From Amoeboaphelidium protococcarum X5 (lineage: Eukaryota; Fungi; Aphelidiomycota): DNA of 64,000 nt. Location: assembly GCA_023515725.1 (NCBI GenBank), contig JALDTO010000266.1, forward strand, positions 630,708 to 694,707, read 5' to 3'. Position 1 is the first letter of the stretch. Every line of letters begins with the position of its first letter. Shown one piece after another: positions 1 through 14,055 of the stretch. A model generated the notes under the pieces. It made no database searches and was not told where the DNA came from. It saw only the letters and a list, made by a program, of their open reading frames with translations. The translations under genes and the position numbers were made by a program.

Positions 1-245
1 GCATTGTGTGATCATTTAACTGATTGCATTTGTCGCATCACGAGGGCTCAAACAACGGGGCTTGTCACGAGCCGTGTCATGCATAGTTTTTGAATTCATC
101 CAAAAATGGGTTAGGATAATGTAAACATAACATTTAACTAATTAACAAGATATTAAGAGATGCCAAATTATATTATAAACGCGATCATGTTTTTTATGAA
201 ACGAAAATCAAAAAGCTAGTTTCACTCAATTGATGATGTCTGCTA

Positions 246-935
246 TCATGTCAAATAGTGCCGATGGTCTCTCTCCAGTTCCAGCATCCGGGATACACTG
301 CCGCGGTATCTTGTTCGAGTTTGAACCCGTACAACGACGATAGGCTATTACGGAATCATGGCTACTAAAGGTTGGTTCTACTATCTCGTACCCAAACCAT
401 TATGGTGAGGAGCCACGGTTTAAAACTAGCGTGGAACGTGACCAATATCTCCACTGTCACGTAAACGCATTATCGTGCTAAGATCAGTCAAGTCTTCATC
501 ATCATCATCATCTTCACCATCATCAATATTTTATTACCGAGTCGACTAAGTATCGTGGCGCTAACTTAAATTCAATCTTTCATTTCTTGTAATAACTCTC
601 ATTTAGTGCTCGCATCTCTTTCCAAGAACATAATCTTTGTTATACTTCTAGCAGTAGTAACAAGAAATTTGATCAATCAAAGGCCTCTATTGCGGTCTTG
701 CAAACTGATGAGGATGGACCAAATTATTAGCGCGGCCATTAAAGGACGCGTCTCTTACCGGCTGATGCTGCATTGAAACAATTGGTCCCTGAGTGGTTGT
801 TGTAACGGAAGGAAAGTTGCGAGGATCACAATTGTACGGCAGAGGTTACTCACCGCCTCTGATACATTTAGAGTATGGCGGTTGTGAAACATCACTTGAG
901 GAGGTGGACTCGGATACGTTAGACAAACTATTCAT
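246..935 (-). CDS. hypothetical protein (229 aa; acidic D-rich tract, small Cys/His cluster)
   Basis: With TAA/TAG=Gln, a continuous frame runs from ATG 935 (MNSLSNVSES...) to TGA 246-248. It contains CYYCQKY...RCEH and DDGEDDDDDED. No family recognised. Confidence 0.6.
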
Positions 936-1352
936 GATTATAAATTTCCTTTCTCGAGGGTATACAAAAGCAGTGATGAAATTAAAAGACTAAAGTCACT
1001 GCAGATCGACGTTGTGTTGATTTATGAGGGCGTAACAGTAGATTGGCATCTGATTCAAGCCCGTTACTAAATAAGACACACAAAGTGGCCTATCTTAGAC
1101 AATGAAGAGAATTTATTTAGTATCAAAATTATGGAGCTTCGACCTGTCAACTAAAGAGTTTAAATGTAGAAATACTCTTAACTTACGTCCATATCATAGT
1201 CATGTTGTTTAACGATGTGACGATGCACTTTCGGTGATGACTCATATAACTTTGAATTTAGGCCAGACGTATGTAATGTCACTTCGTAACTTGCCAGTTA
1301 TTCTGCTGTAAAATTGCATTTTGTAGAAACATCTTGACTAAATAAATCTAAT

Positions 1353-1892
1353 ATGGCAACTACGGAAGAGCTCCCAAAGTATGAAGACGTTGTCCGAGAG
1401 TCTGCTTATCCTCCGCGATACGAAAATCCTGCTGCAACCGTAAATGTGCCGAGACGAAGACCGGCTTAGTCACAGAGAAGACACCCGACGGTCGATATTA
1501 CGGAACAATATGTGCACTATCACGATCATCATATTCAGACCCTGCGCAATCCAAGTACTTCGCATGCTGCCGTCGTTAACAACCAATAACAGGCTGTAAG
1601 AGTGGATCAAACTTAATCATCAGCTGAGCCACCGCCATCGTCCAGCCGAATCAGGGTGAAACAGTTCAAGGATCTGCCGCAGACTGTGAAACGGAAGGTG
1701 AAAGAAAGTTGGAGGCAGATGAAACAAGGCATTCCTGGTGGAAACGTTGAGCACGCGCCTGAAGAACTGCAATAAGAAATCCGCTCTCGCAGGAGACGTG
1801 AATGTGCCAAGTTCATTGGCTTCGTTATCCTAACTGGCGTAGTGTACGCTGTCATTGTATTATTCTTCACTGCAATCATCATTCTGGTTTGA
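1353..1892 (+). CDS. hypothetical tail-anchored membrane protein with N-terminal PY motifs (179 aa)
   Basis: MATTEELPKYEDVVRESAYPPRYE... ends in the hydrophobic FIGFVILTGVVYAVIVLFFTAIIILV then TGA. Continuous frame with TAR=Gln. Confidence 0.7.
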
Positions 1893-2109
1893 TTTGATTT
1901 AAATGAAGTGCTTTAAGGTGTCGTGAGTGTGGCGTGTTTTATGGGTGAGTGTTAAATTGTTTGAAGTAAAGTTTATTTTTGCATGTTGTGTGTGTGTGAA
2001 CTCTTTTCTCTTTGCTACACACAGTAGTGCATTGTGGCAACGTTGTGTAACGCCTAGATTTCAGCCGTAACAAATTTTTATCAACGCACTTAATTTTGTG
2101 AGCATTAGG

Positions 2110-3408
2110 ATGAAAGTGGTATTTATTCACCCAGATTTAGGAATAGGGGGAGCTGAGAGATTAATTGTGGATGCCGCTGTTGGACTGCAGGATCTTGGTC
2201 ATTCAGTGACGGTGTATACATCATAATATGATAGTGGACACTCGTTCCCGGAAACTTAGAAATTGGATATCAAAGTTAGGGGAAAGTTATTTAATCCTTT
2301 CAATGGTAGATTTATGATTTTGTTTGCCATCCTCAGGTAGTTGCTTCTTGTGCTGTCTCTGTATTTTGGCAATGATTTGGTGGATGTGTTTATTGTCGAT
2401 CAATTGTCATTTTGTTTACCTCTGTTGAATCTAATGTTCCCTAAAAAGCCTATTCTATTTTATTGTCATTATCCAGACATGTTACTGACTTAGCGATCTT
2501 CTCCGATCAAAAAGATTTATAGAGCTATCTTTGATTATATAGAGTCGTGGTCGATGCAATATGCTGATCTCAATCTGTGTAATAGTCGGTTTACTTAAAA
2601 TGTTGTTGCTTAAACCTTTCCCAGTCTGGCTTAGCGTAATAATATTGATATTTTATATCCAGCGATTAATTTCAGTTCTTATGACGCGCCTATTGATTAT
2701 GATGCCAATGATGTGACTCTGTTGAAGGACATTATGAAAGCGTCTGGGCAGACTCGACGTGTGATATCTCTGAACCGATTTGAACGCAAGAAGGAGGTAT
2801 CTGTTTTGATACAAGCCTTTTCTAAACTAAAGAGTTAGTAGGATATACAGTTAGTAATAGCTGGTGGATATGATGTCAATAATGTAGAGAATGTGCAGCA
2901 TCTCATAGAACTATAATAGCTGTGCGAGAAGTTAGATCTCTCTTACAGTGTATTGGATAGCAAGTAGCTGGAATCTGCAGATTAACATAAAAAATGTCAA
3001 GTTGTACTCATATTGTCATACTCGAATAATATGAGGTAATACTTGTTATCCACAGAGACAAGTGATAGGCCGTTCTTGGTATATACTCCAATCGGAGAAC
3101 ACTTTGGTATTGTGCCAATAGAATCAATGTATCGCGGAGTTCCAGTGATAGCTTTTGCCAGTGGTGGTCCACTTGAGACTGTGAAAGATGAGAAGAGTGG
3201 ATTTCTGTGCCGCGCAGATGGAGATAGTGCTGAATCCAGATCTTAAACTCTTTATTAGAAATTAGAGAGTTGTTTAGCTCTTTCTGCTGATCGATATCGC
3301 GAAATCTCTACGTATGCTCAGTAATACGCCAAATCTGATTATAGTCTTGTCCATTTCGCCAAGAAGTTGGATACTCACTTGGAGCGATTATTGATAAAGA
3401 ATGGCTGA
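2110..3408 (+). CDS. ALG2: alpha-1,3/1,6-mannosyltransferase ALG2
   Basis: N-terminal [23 protein letters not shown]; [11 protein letters not shown]; [10 protein letters not shown]; GT4 motif [16 protein letters not shown]...SGGPLETV. Single frame ending TGA with many in-frame TAA/TAG. Confidence 0.95.
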
Positions 3409-3600
3409 AATAAATTCACTACTGCTATAATGTTACTCGCCGAGGTTCTAAAAGATCATAGCGCTGTTACGTTAAATCTTCATGGCGGACGCTTCAAATT
3501 ATCTTTTATAATATCGACCTATTTCTTCCTGCTTGATCAAGTTTTCTCTTTACTCCCTCAAGTCAAACTATAATTAAGCGAGGGCTTTTAATACATCAAA

Positions 3601-6057
3601 ATGACTAACAAGTTGGCGATACCTAGTTCGTATTTCTAAAGCATTAGTGGCAAAGTTTGGTCTACCGCAGCTGTCGTGATGGCACAACACTGTGGTAAGT
3701 AATTGTCGTCTTCGGTTGATCTGAAAGCGGAGTCTTTGCATTTCGCCAATGGTTCTCTGAACATTAAGGATAACGATGTGGGAGTCATTCGCTACATTGC
3801 ACGCGAGTTGTATGGCGATGCTGGTGCTAAATAATCATCGGAGGCAGGAGTCTCTGTGACCAGTACCAGGTCTGTGCTAAATGAGACGTTGACCGACGCG
3901 TGGATTGACTTTGCAGTCAAGATTGCTGGTGTTAGCGGTAGTGGAGCGGGTGTGCAAGACTCTAAGAAATCAGTTCTCAATGATTACAAATCGTTGTCTC
4001 CAATACTGAACGATTTGGATCTACATTTAAAGTTTCGTGCATTCTTTGTTGGATATGAAGTCAGTGCTGCTGATTTGGTCGTATTTGCTCTTCTGAAAGC
4101 TTCTCCTATTTGGTCGCGCCTATTCAAAGATGGATCTGCGGCGATCAATGTTGATCCAAAGTCTCTGGTGGTTGATGATGTCACTGACGGTGCTTAAGAA
4201 AAGGGAAAGGATAAGAAGAATAAGAGTAGTGATGTGCAGTTCTAGAATCTGGTCAGATGGTATCATCACATCAACTCTCTGCACTTTGTGGGTATTGCTT
4301 TGGATGAGCTGTCAGCCTTATAGAAAGATTGTCAACTCCAACTTAAAGCCACACAATAACAGTAGAAGAGTAAAGACGAGAAGAAGGCTTAGAACGTTGG
4401 TAATGCCGCCAAGAATCTGAGTTCTGGAGACACTTTGGAGCTTGAGTTACCTAATGCAGTTATGGGTAAAGTTGTTACGCGTTTCCCACCTGAGCCCTCG
4501 GGATATCTTCACATTGGCCATGTCAAGGCGGCTCTTTTGAATTATGCTTTCGCACAAAAGTATAAGGGTAAACTCTTGATCAGATTCGATGACACTAATC
4601 CTAGTAAGGAGAAGCAGGAATATGAGACTAGTATTTTGGAAGATTTGGCCACTCTGTTCGAGTCCAAGTTTGATGATTTGCGCTAGAATGTCTCTTACAC
4701 CTCCGACTGGTTCGATACTATTTATGATTATGCAAAGTAGCTGATCTAGAGCGGCGGTGCGTATGTTGATAACACTGGCGTAGAAGAGATGAGAAATAAT
4801 AGAATGCATGGTATCGCTTCCAAGAATCGAGACATGTCCGTGGAGGAGTCTATGAGAATATTCACTGAGGAAATGGTAAAGGGAACTGATACAGGAGTGA
4901 CGTACTGTCTGCGTGCCAAGATGAGTGTCGATGCCAAGAATAAAGCTCTACGTGATCCTGTCATTTATCGCTGTAATACCGATGATGCTCACCATCGCAC
5001 GGGTAGAAAGTGGAACATTTATCCTACTTATGACTTTGCGTGTCCGATTGTGGACAGTCTGGAAGGAGTCACTCATGCACTGCGTACCTCTGAGTACAAC
5101 GACAGAAATGAGTAGTACTATTGGTTTATCGAGCATCTGAAGCTGTAGAATAAGCCCCTAATTTGGGACTACAGTAGATTGAACTTTTGTTACACTCTGT
5201 TGAGTAAGAGAAAGTTGAACTGGTTCGTGAATGAGAAGAAGGTTGATGGCTGGGATGATCCGCGTTTCCCCACTGTTCGTGGTATTATCAGACGTGGATT
5301 GTCTGTTGAGGGATTGAGAAAGTTTAACATTGCTCAAGGTGCCTCGCGTTCTATTAATCTTATGGAATGGGATGTAATCTGGGCATTTAACAAGTAGATT
5401 ATCGATCCCATGTCAAGTCGTCATTCCTCACTGAAAACGGACAATCTTGTCTAAATTGAAGTTGTCGACGGTGAAGGGTCTGACCAGTTGCCACAGAGCA
5501 AAGAAGTTCCGCGTTATAAGAAGAACCTGAGCCTGGGAACTAAAATGTTGAGATTCAGCAAGAATGTGCTAATTGATTAGGATGATGCGCAGCTGTTGGA
5601 AGGCGGAGAGGAATTTACACTTATGGACTGGGGCAATGTAATTATTCGCTCTATCCAGAAATCTCCGAGCAGTAGCGATGTGATAAGCTCTATGAAGGTT
5701 ACTCTGAATCTGGCTGGAGATTTTAGAAAGACAAAGAAGATCAATTGGCTGGCTGCTGATTCTCAACACTCCAAGGTGAAAGTTCGCGAATTTGATTACT
5801 TGATCACAAAGAAGAAGCTTGAGGAGGAAGATGATTTCGCTCAGTTCCTTAATCCGGTGACTGAGAAGGATACGGCCATGATTGCAGATGAAGATTTGAA
5901 AAATGTGAAGAAGGGACAGTTTGTGTAGCTGGAACGTCGTGGCTATTACGTCTGTGATGTTCCTTACTCTGGTGATGGATCTACGGTTGAATTGATTTTA
6001 GTTCCAGACGGAAAGGCTGCATCAGTTGCATTGAAAAGTTGGGGATCCGGTCAATGA
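3601..6057 (+). CDS. GUS1: cytosolic glutamyl-tRNA synthetase (N-terminal GST-like domain)
   Basis: [68 protein letters not shown]-track pieces 3856/4435/4789/5179/5596 share one frame joined by TAR codons; TGA at 6055-6057. Confidence 0.96.
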
Positions 6058-6122
6058 AGAGGTGATATGATATGAATACATAAATTGGAATTCTATAAAA
6101 GTATGCAAGCATAATTACTTTC

Positions 6123-7591
6123 TCATAACAATGACAACGGTGGAGGTAGTTCAATAGCAAGCACCTCTTGCTGTATCAGTCGCGACAATTGCACAATCTT
6201 CTGCTATTGTTCATCGCCGCGATTAAAATCAGGATCTGGAAAGTATATCAAAGGTGCATTGGATAGATCCTTCTTGAACTTGCCAAACTTTTCCATGAAA
6301 GGATGAAGATAAACATCGCCAGCTTCCGGACGTTCATCTTACTTGAATGCTAAAAGTTTCGAAGTAAGATCGATAGCCATTAAATCCACGCCTTATAATC
6401 GCTCAGTCAACGGCACTAACGGTCTTCCAGGACAACTCATAACAGTTTAGCGTAACGCCTACACACGTATAGTTACACACAATGTATAGATTGATATAAC
6501 TATTGTCATAAAAATGATTACCGTGCTTTTGATCTCCTGTACTGCCAGTTATTCGTCGTAACAGTGACCAACATGTAGAACTATTCTCTAAAGCTAATCT
6601 TGAATATTCTTACCGGGGAATATAGCGCTGCCCAAGAGCATCTCTGCCAATACACACCCAAGGGCCCAAATGTCCAACTTGTGTGAATACTACTGCTGTA
6701 GGAGAACCTCCGGTGATCGATACCAGCGCGTTGCCACATACTCTGTGAGTTTATACTGGCAATCACCACGGACATCACAACTCTTCCGGTAATCTTTGAC
6801 TTGCCCAATATCACTACTTCCGGTCTACTCCTGGTTGATGAGCTATTCACTGTCCATGTCGAGAGGTGAAGATTTCAACCTCTGGCCTGGTGCTATACAA
6901 CGAGATAGTCCAAAATCACCCAACTTTAAAAGACAGTCTGCATTTATAAACACGTTAGACGGCTACAAATATAAAAGATGCTGGACTGACTCGTTAAAGT
7001 TTATTAATAGAATAACTAATATACATATAGTTTACCTTTATGTCTCTATGAATTATACCAGACGCGTGCAAGAAGCGCACAGCTTCAACCAGTTGAAACA
7101 TGATGTATTTCACATGCTCCATTGCAAGACACTACATATGATCATGATATTTAGAACCTTTAAAAACATTAAAGTAAATTTACATTGTTTGATATGACTT
7201 TGTGAAGATCAGAGCTCATCCTTTCAACCACCAGCTTCACCTACCACTATTCTGTTCGATCGTCAAACATGGCTGCATGCAACTTTACAATCTACACAAG
7301 CCATCTTGAATTGAACAAGTAAATAATGAGTATAATACATGGGCGAATACTTACGTGTTGACACTTTCCATTTATGAGTTTCATCAATTTCAGTTCGCGG
7401 TAGGCTCTTAGCGCAAAGATTGGATGCCCAAATGGCTAATTGACTTTGATGCAGACGCGCGTGTTAGTCTCCAGGTTCAACGCGTCATACACCCGTCCAT
7501 ACGCGCCCTCACCTATCAGATTAAGCATTCTATACTTGTAGTCAATGCCACTTTAGACTTGTCTTGCACCAACAATATTATCCTATTGCAT
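6123..7591 (-). CDS. MAP kinase (TEY type), 3 introns (7292-7354, 6963-7035, 6459-6521)
   Basis: IGEGAYGRV, RAYRELKLM, HRDIK|PSNV across a GT-AG intron, DFGLSR, LTEYVATRWYRSPE, DIWALGCVLAEM. Confidence 0.9.
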
Positions 7592-7761
7592 TTTAGTATA
7601 CTTACTTTTAAAGTTATAGGGACATGAAACAAGTTAATCAGTACTTGCATTCGTAGATATGCACGCATTTATCAAACCAGTTTATTTATTGTTGACTTAA
7701 TCATTACTTCATTAATTATATCCAAGATAATTTCAAATCCCATCATCATCATCATTATCAA

Positions 7762-8847
7762 TCAGTCAGTAGTCGGAATAGGGAGCATTTCATTTGAAGA
7801 AATCTTGTAGAATCCATCATACTAAATCTTATTGCCTGCTGCAGCACTGTCCGCAACGAGCTCATTCTATCCATTTATATCATTAAAACTTCTCCTTCGC
7901 CGCGGAATTGAACTAATACTGTTGTAATAATCGTCCAATCCTAATAATGCTGCCACGTTCTCACTAACATTTATTTTCTATTTAGCATTGACGTAACGCT
8001 ACTTTGAGCCAGACTGTTTGGAACTATCCACAAACTTCTATGACTAAGAAGAACCACCATGGAAACCTTCAAAAGAATCTTTGGTAACACCAGATGAAAG
8101 AATATTCACAGAACTGATGTTAGATGATCTCCTATCATAAGGAGAGCCAAAGTCATCATTGTCACTACCATCTGAATCTTCAGCGCGTAGATGGAGAGAA
8201 TCAGCCACGAACGCATTCAATCCTCTGCTTCTTAATGCCATATAAATTGGTTATAAGTACTCTTTGTATATCTAAAAAGCACCATACGACTAGGAATTCT
8301 AAGAATATATAAAGAATACTAACTTCATCGAATTAAAGAAAGGTATGTAATCAGTGATTATTCTCAATCGAGACACCAATGCCCGATCAAGTGCATATAA
8401 TATCCAGTAAGAGATCAACTACTTGCTCAACACGTCACCTTTTCTATTATCACCGGCCTGTAAATAATCAAGAGAGTTCTTTAAAGGATACGCGACCAGA
8501 ATCAAATGATGTCCAATTGTTTTAATAGATTTATAAGACCTTCGCAGCACTCGCAACATTATTGCTACAAGGACAATGCACAAATATACCGGAGGCATTC
8601 TTAATACTTTAGCAAAGTATCGCAACCGATTTATAATCAGATTTCGGTCAGAATTTTCTGAATCTAGATACTTTTCTACTACCTTTACATATTTTACTAC
8701 TTCCAGATATAGGCGGGAGATTTATGGGACTTCCTACACCGCTGGAACTTCTTTGAGAAAACTGAAGAGTTGAAGCATCAGCTCTGACAACTGAGGTATT
8801 ATGAGCCTCTCTTGATATTGAGGAGGCTACTAATACACAGGTTCCAT
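7762..8847 (-). CDS. TB2/DP1/HVA22 (REEP/Yop1-family) membrane protein with disordered C-tail
   Basis: AYPLKNSL...LISYWILYA...YIPFFNSMKLVFFIY...YGAFQIYKEYLQP matches the REEP/DP1 pattern. Frame continuous from ATG 8847 to TGA 7762. Confidence 0.7.
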
Positions 8848-9078
8848 AGCGATATTACTTTGATAAGCTTTGATGTATAATAATTTAATTAGAGCGTACT
8901 TACTAAACCGTATCGACAAGATATATAATTGGTTTAACAGCTGTAAGGAAAGTAAAAGTGCTCATGAAACTGCCATGGCAACGTTGATGATTAACATGAT
9001 CTTTTATTCGCTTGTTCATGGCTTAGGTTGAGAATACTATAATTCATACCTCGGTATATAGAATAACGAAAACCAAGA

Positions 9079-10704
9079 TCAATGTCCTCTACCACGGCTG
9101 GGCTTTCTTCCACCTGCACTTACGTTACCTTCAGCACCTGCACCGCCACTACCACTGAGGTTGCCAGAACCGACTCTGCTACCGCGTCTACTAGACTGGT
9201 TGGAGCCGCCATATCCAACCGAGTTACTACCCTGAACAGCACTATTAGGCACCTTTTCAATCAACTGCACCACCTCACCAGAACCAACCATTTCGACGCG
9301 TCCAAGAATATTAATAGCAGCTGGTGGGGCAGTGCCCTTCTTCACTGGATTCTCAGCAACATACTTTAGGACGCGATTCAGCGTCTCCACATCGACAAAC
9401 TGCACATTGGCCTGCGTGTCACCCAGCAAGTCAATCCACTTCACACATCTTGGATTTCCAGAGATATTACCAAAAGTCTCCTTGATGTGAGGCACACGAG
9501 TATTTCTCGTAAATCCTCTAATCAACACAGTGCTGGACTTGCTCAAATCCTGATCAGACGATGATGAAGGCAACTAGCCGACAGGTGCAGCTTACTATTG
9601 CGCGTTGTTATCCGACTTAGCAGGAGGCGCTTGCTACTCGCTAGATTAAATTGAAGTCTGAGGCTCATTCCAAGAGCGCGTTTACTTTGGCTGACTCACA
9701 GCGGCCCATGACTTTTAGATGGTGGACTGCTGCTACTGCTATTGTTGACCCTGACTGAAACCCACATTTTAATCCTTCTTTTGAGCAGCAGGTTCATTAA
9801 ATGAGGATTATTCTGCTCTTGGACCAGCACTACCACCGTTAACATTCGCCAAATTTCTGCCCTGACCAATCGGAGCCAACTCCTTCTGCTACTGAGCCAC
9901 AGCTGCCTACAACGGAGCAGAGTAGTTGGATGGTGCCGACTACTGATATCCAGACTGGGTCTTCTGAACATTGTGCGCCTGCTACTGTGATGTCAAATGC
10001 GATCCTGGATACTACTACTACTGCTGTTGCTGTTGCTATAGAGAATGAATATTCATCTCCTGCATTTTATCGTTGACTGAAGACAGTGTCATTTACTAGG
10101 GCTAATTCTGCTGCTATTGCTACAGCTACTACTATTACTGCTGTTGAGGATGAACAGATTATCTCTCCTTCACGTTGGTCACGTAACGCAGAATGTCGTT
10201 CATCACAAAGTAACCGTTGGTCTGCTCAGCCAGCAGAAAGGTCTACACAAATTATCTGACACGTTCCACACCGGCAGCAGGATACTTTACAATAGACCCA
10301 AGAACAGTGATCAGAATGGAGCCATTCACAGAGCTCTGCGTGTCAACATTGATCACGGTCACTTTGGCATTCTCATAGCTGGACGCACTTCCCGCCTGAG
10401 ATCTCACCCAATTGAAGATGGCAGCGTGGCCATACAGAATATTTCCATCGCCACTGTTAAACTTTAGTCCATTGTCAAAAATACTCTAGTCCATGTAGTT
10501 CTAATGCATCATCTGAGAGTCAGTTTTGTGGTAGAAGCAGTGCAGCTTGTTAGGTGACTTGGTCAGAATAGAGTAATACTCTTGAATGAACTACCAGGAG
10601 ACCTCTTGAGCAGACAGACGGTGCTCCTATTCATCTGCAGCCAGCAATTTCTACTGCTGTGCCTTCTAGTCTTGCCCGGATTACTACGCAGTTGTCATTG
10701 TCAT
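9079..10704 (-). CDS. G3BP/Bre5/Nxt3-like NTF2 + RRM + RG-rich protein
   Basis: NTF2 start VSWQFIQEYYSILTKSPNKLHCFY and FVQTFLLAEQ...YFVMNDILRY; Q-rich linker; C-terminal RRM-like segment and RGRG tail; TGA at 9079. Confidence 0.85.
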
Positions 10705-10928
10705 ATTGTGGGTAAATCTAATAGTTTTAGAATCGCGTTAAGGCGTTAAATGATAATTGGATCGTTCTGAGAAAAACAACACAAATGAAGTTGCGATAAA
10801 AAGGAAAGAACGCGCGAGACACTTTTCTCACAAAGAGCAGTAAGAAGAAAGAACGCGTCAAAAGTACCATTTAGAGTAGGAAGATCAACCTACAATACAA
10901 AAGCAACTACTACCATTATTCAACATCA

Positions 10929-11444
10929 TCATCGTTTCGTGGGAAAAGTTGTGACATTAGGAGTCTGTGATCTTGAGGGATCTCGCGAGCTGGCAACACT
11001 TGATGATACAATGTCAACCAGGTGAGACTTTTCTACTGCCAGAACAGAGGAATGGGATGATTACGAAATTATCCGTCCTGAATCGATAGCTTTAGTGGTG
11101 GGTGACGAGGATCTGCTAGAATCTGGTGCAATTTGAGTAAAGCCAAGTAAAGCGCATCCTTGTAAAGTAACATCTCCATCATCATCATATTTATTATTGT
11201 TATTATTATTGTTGTTTGGAGACTTTATTATCAGACGCTTGTTTATATGCTTCTTGAGATAGTTGGATTCTAAATTGAAGAGTTTATTCTCGCAAACTAA
11301 CAGCTTCTTTCCAGTGTCATTGAGACTTTGCAGCAACTGATTATATTATGTTTAAAACTTTACTATACCGTCATCATTTTGAGTCAGTGCTCCCTGCTGA
11401 GAGGCCTAACTATGTCTCCAAGACTTTCGCTTGTGTTTCGGCAT
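10929..11444 (-). CDS. EAF6: NuA4/HAT subunit Eaf6-like protein
   Basis: ENKLFNLESNYL...GCALLGF...RIISQSSHSS resembles the Eaf6 pattern; 171 aa ending TGA. Confidence 0.6.
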
Positions 11445-11739
11445 ACTATTCACATTCACTAATTCTTGAGGTGAGGAACAATGGCAAAATCCAATAAAAG
11501 TGTTAACACGCAGCAATGACTAAGTTAATCCCCTGTACGGCTCGCGCTCGGAATTAAAACGCACGCAAGTGCTCCACTACTGAACTGGTCAACGAATGGA
11601 TGACTCGCGATCTGTCGGCATTCTGAAAGAAAGATTTTGTCGCCCACGCTCTCTTTCTGGTCATTGCGCGTCAACTTTTCGTTATTGTGACCCCAGGAAG
11701 AAAATAACTAGTTTCGTAGCTTGTACTGAATTGAATAAA

Positions 11740-12519
11740 ATGCCGATCGACACTGAAACACCTACTCCCTGCCTTATCAAGGTGACCAACATAGATGCTA
11801 GTGTTAGTAGAGAGAAAATTAAAGAGTTTTTCGATTTTTGTGGTTCGATTCTGGACATTGAAATCACCGGTGCTGGCGATCAGGGGCAGTAGGCTCTCAT
11901 CATGTTTGATAATCCAACCAGTTCTAATACTGCAACAATGCTGACTCAGGCTAGACTTGGCGGGAGTCCGATTACAGTGTCCTACTACCACAGTCAGTAT
12001 AGCGATTTAATTGCGAAAGTGACCGAGCAGTAGGGCGCTGAGGCCAGAGCTGCGTCTGCTGTCACTGCTGCCGGTGCTAGCGGATCTACTAGAGGAGCGT
12101 TACCGCGTGATTTTCAAGCTTAATACATCGCAAGCCAATGGATTGCAGATGGAGTGCTGGTTGGGGAATCGTTAATCCAGTAAGCTGCATAAACGCTGGA
12201 AAAGATTCCGTTGGTCAAGAAAAGCGTTGACACTGTCTATCCAATCATCAATACTGCTGTTACAGGCGTTTCTAACGAGGTGCGTCGAATTGATTAAACT
12301 TATGAAATCTCCAAGAGTGTATCCGCCAAAACTGGTCAAATTGCTTCATAAGCAACAGAGAGATTAAATAGTCTATCTTCATAGTATCCGGCGGTGAAGA
12401 ATATGATGGTTGGAGCAAGTATGATTGGGAATGTTGTGAATGAATCTATCCGCATCGTCCAAGATCGACACAGAGAGTAGCAAGATCACGACCAAATGAA
12501 TAGCGTCGAAGTTGACTGA
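11740..12519 (+). CDS. Vip1-like RRM protein
   Basis: IKVTNIDASVSREKIKEFFDFCGSI...ALIMFDNP..NTATMLTQARLGGSPITV; TGA at 12517-12519. Confidence 0.75.
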
Positions 12520-12660
12520 ACTGTAATGAATGTATAGTGAATTTCTCGATATCATACCGCATTGAGTAAAGATCAAGTGAATAAATTTAGGCAATTTTTG
12601 CAAAATAATCTTTTGAACTACGGAATTTTCTTGATGTTTCAGTCTATAGAATATAAACTA

Positions 12661-14055
12661 ATGGAAATGAACAAAAGACGGTCGGCGCGCATATAAGCGT
12701 AGTAAACTGGTACTTAAGGGGAAGCTATCTAGTAAACTCCACCTCTTGCATATTCTAAATCTACATTGATAAAAGTGGCGCTGCAATCTCGCGCTGTTTT
12801 ATACCTTATTGCTTTGGTTGGTTCAAAGACAATTGGCCATTTTGATGCGTCAACTGCTGCTCTAATACGTGACAACTGTCCCGATCCGAATTTTATTGAA
12901 ACCAGTTTAATCTACTTCTTTGAACCATACCTGCGCTGGGATGCTGTGTACTTTCACCATATATCACTAAATGGTTATGCATTTGAGTAAGAGTATGCGT
13001 TCTTTCCGCTGGTCCCCACTTTAATCAGTGGTATTGCTAATATTGTGAGGCTAGTCGGGATACACCTCACATTGGTGAATAATTTTGTACTGCACTTGGT
13101 TCTTGGTGTCCTCATTAATCATGTCATCTTCATTGCAGCTGTACTTGTGTTGGTGTAATTTGCGAGTAAAGTCTCTTAAGATAATCGCCTGTCTTTCATT
13201 TGTGGGATCCTGTTTGCTATATCCCCAGCTGGCATATTTCTAAGTTCAATCTATACGGAGTCTTCATTTGCTCTGTTCTCTTTTCCTGGAATGTATTTAT
13301 GGCTTTGTGACCATGATGTTATGGCTGCTGGAATGTTCTTCATAGCTGGACTTGCGCGTTCTAATGGCTTATTGAACTCTGGTTTCTTCATGTATTCAAT
13401 TATTGTTTCCTGTGTGTAGTTTTACATTCAAGGACGATAATGTAGTACCACATTGCTTAAATCATTAATGCGGAATGTCTTTTGCATTTTTTTGTGTCTG
13501 TCTAGCTTTGTGATCGTGTAGAAGATTGCTTATGATTAAATGTGTTTGAGAGATCCTAATTCTTAGTCTGAATGGTGCACTAAGACTATTCCTTTAGTAT
13601 ACAGTTTCGTGTAAAAGCATTATTGGTAACCGTTTGCTCACTCATTCTAATAAATGTTAAATCACGCATCTTAATGTAGGAACAATGGCTTTCTTAGTTA
13701 TTGGGAACTGAAACAGCTTCCGAATTTCCTATTAGCTGCTCCTATGGTTATGCTTTCTGTACATTTTATCTCTCGATACTTTAGGAGTATTGATATAAAG
13801 CATTTATTGCAAGACAAGCTTTAAATAAAAATAGTCCCATTTTACGTTCTCTGGTTAGCTATGGTAGTTTATTGCGTACTGTTCATGCATGTTCAAGTAA
13901 TCACGCGTTTTCTTACCTCTATGCCAATGCTTTATGTCGAGTTGACGCGACTGGTAACTCAAGATGATACGAGCGGGAAATCTGTTGTAAGGCTGTTGAT
14001 TCTGTATGCTTTATGCACAACACTGGCGTATGGAACGTTTTATCCTCCCGCTTGA
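12661..14055 (+). CDS. GPI18: GPI mannosyltransferase 2 (PIG-V/Gpi18), intron 13626-13679
   Basis: LRWDAVYF..GYAFEQEYAFFPL; SPAGIFLSSIYTES; RSNG; VQKHYW|NNGFLSYW..KQLPNFLLAAP; HVQVITRF; ends FYPPA. Confidence 0.93.

Noticed and set aside
3601-6057. GluRS as a specialised synthetase linked to the codon reassignment
   Set aside because: The motifs match an ordinary eukaryotic cytosolic GluRS rather than GlnRS, and no tRNA gene was recognised in the window.
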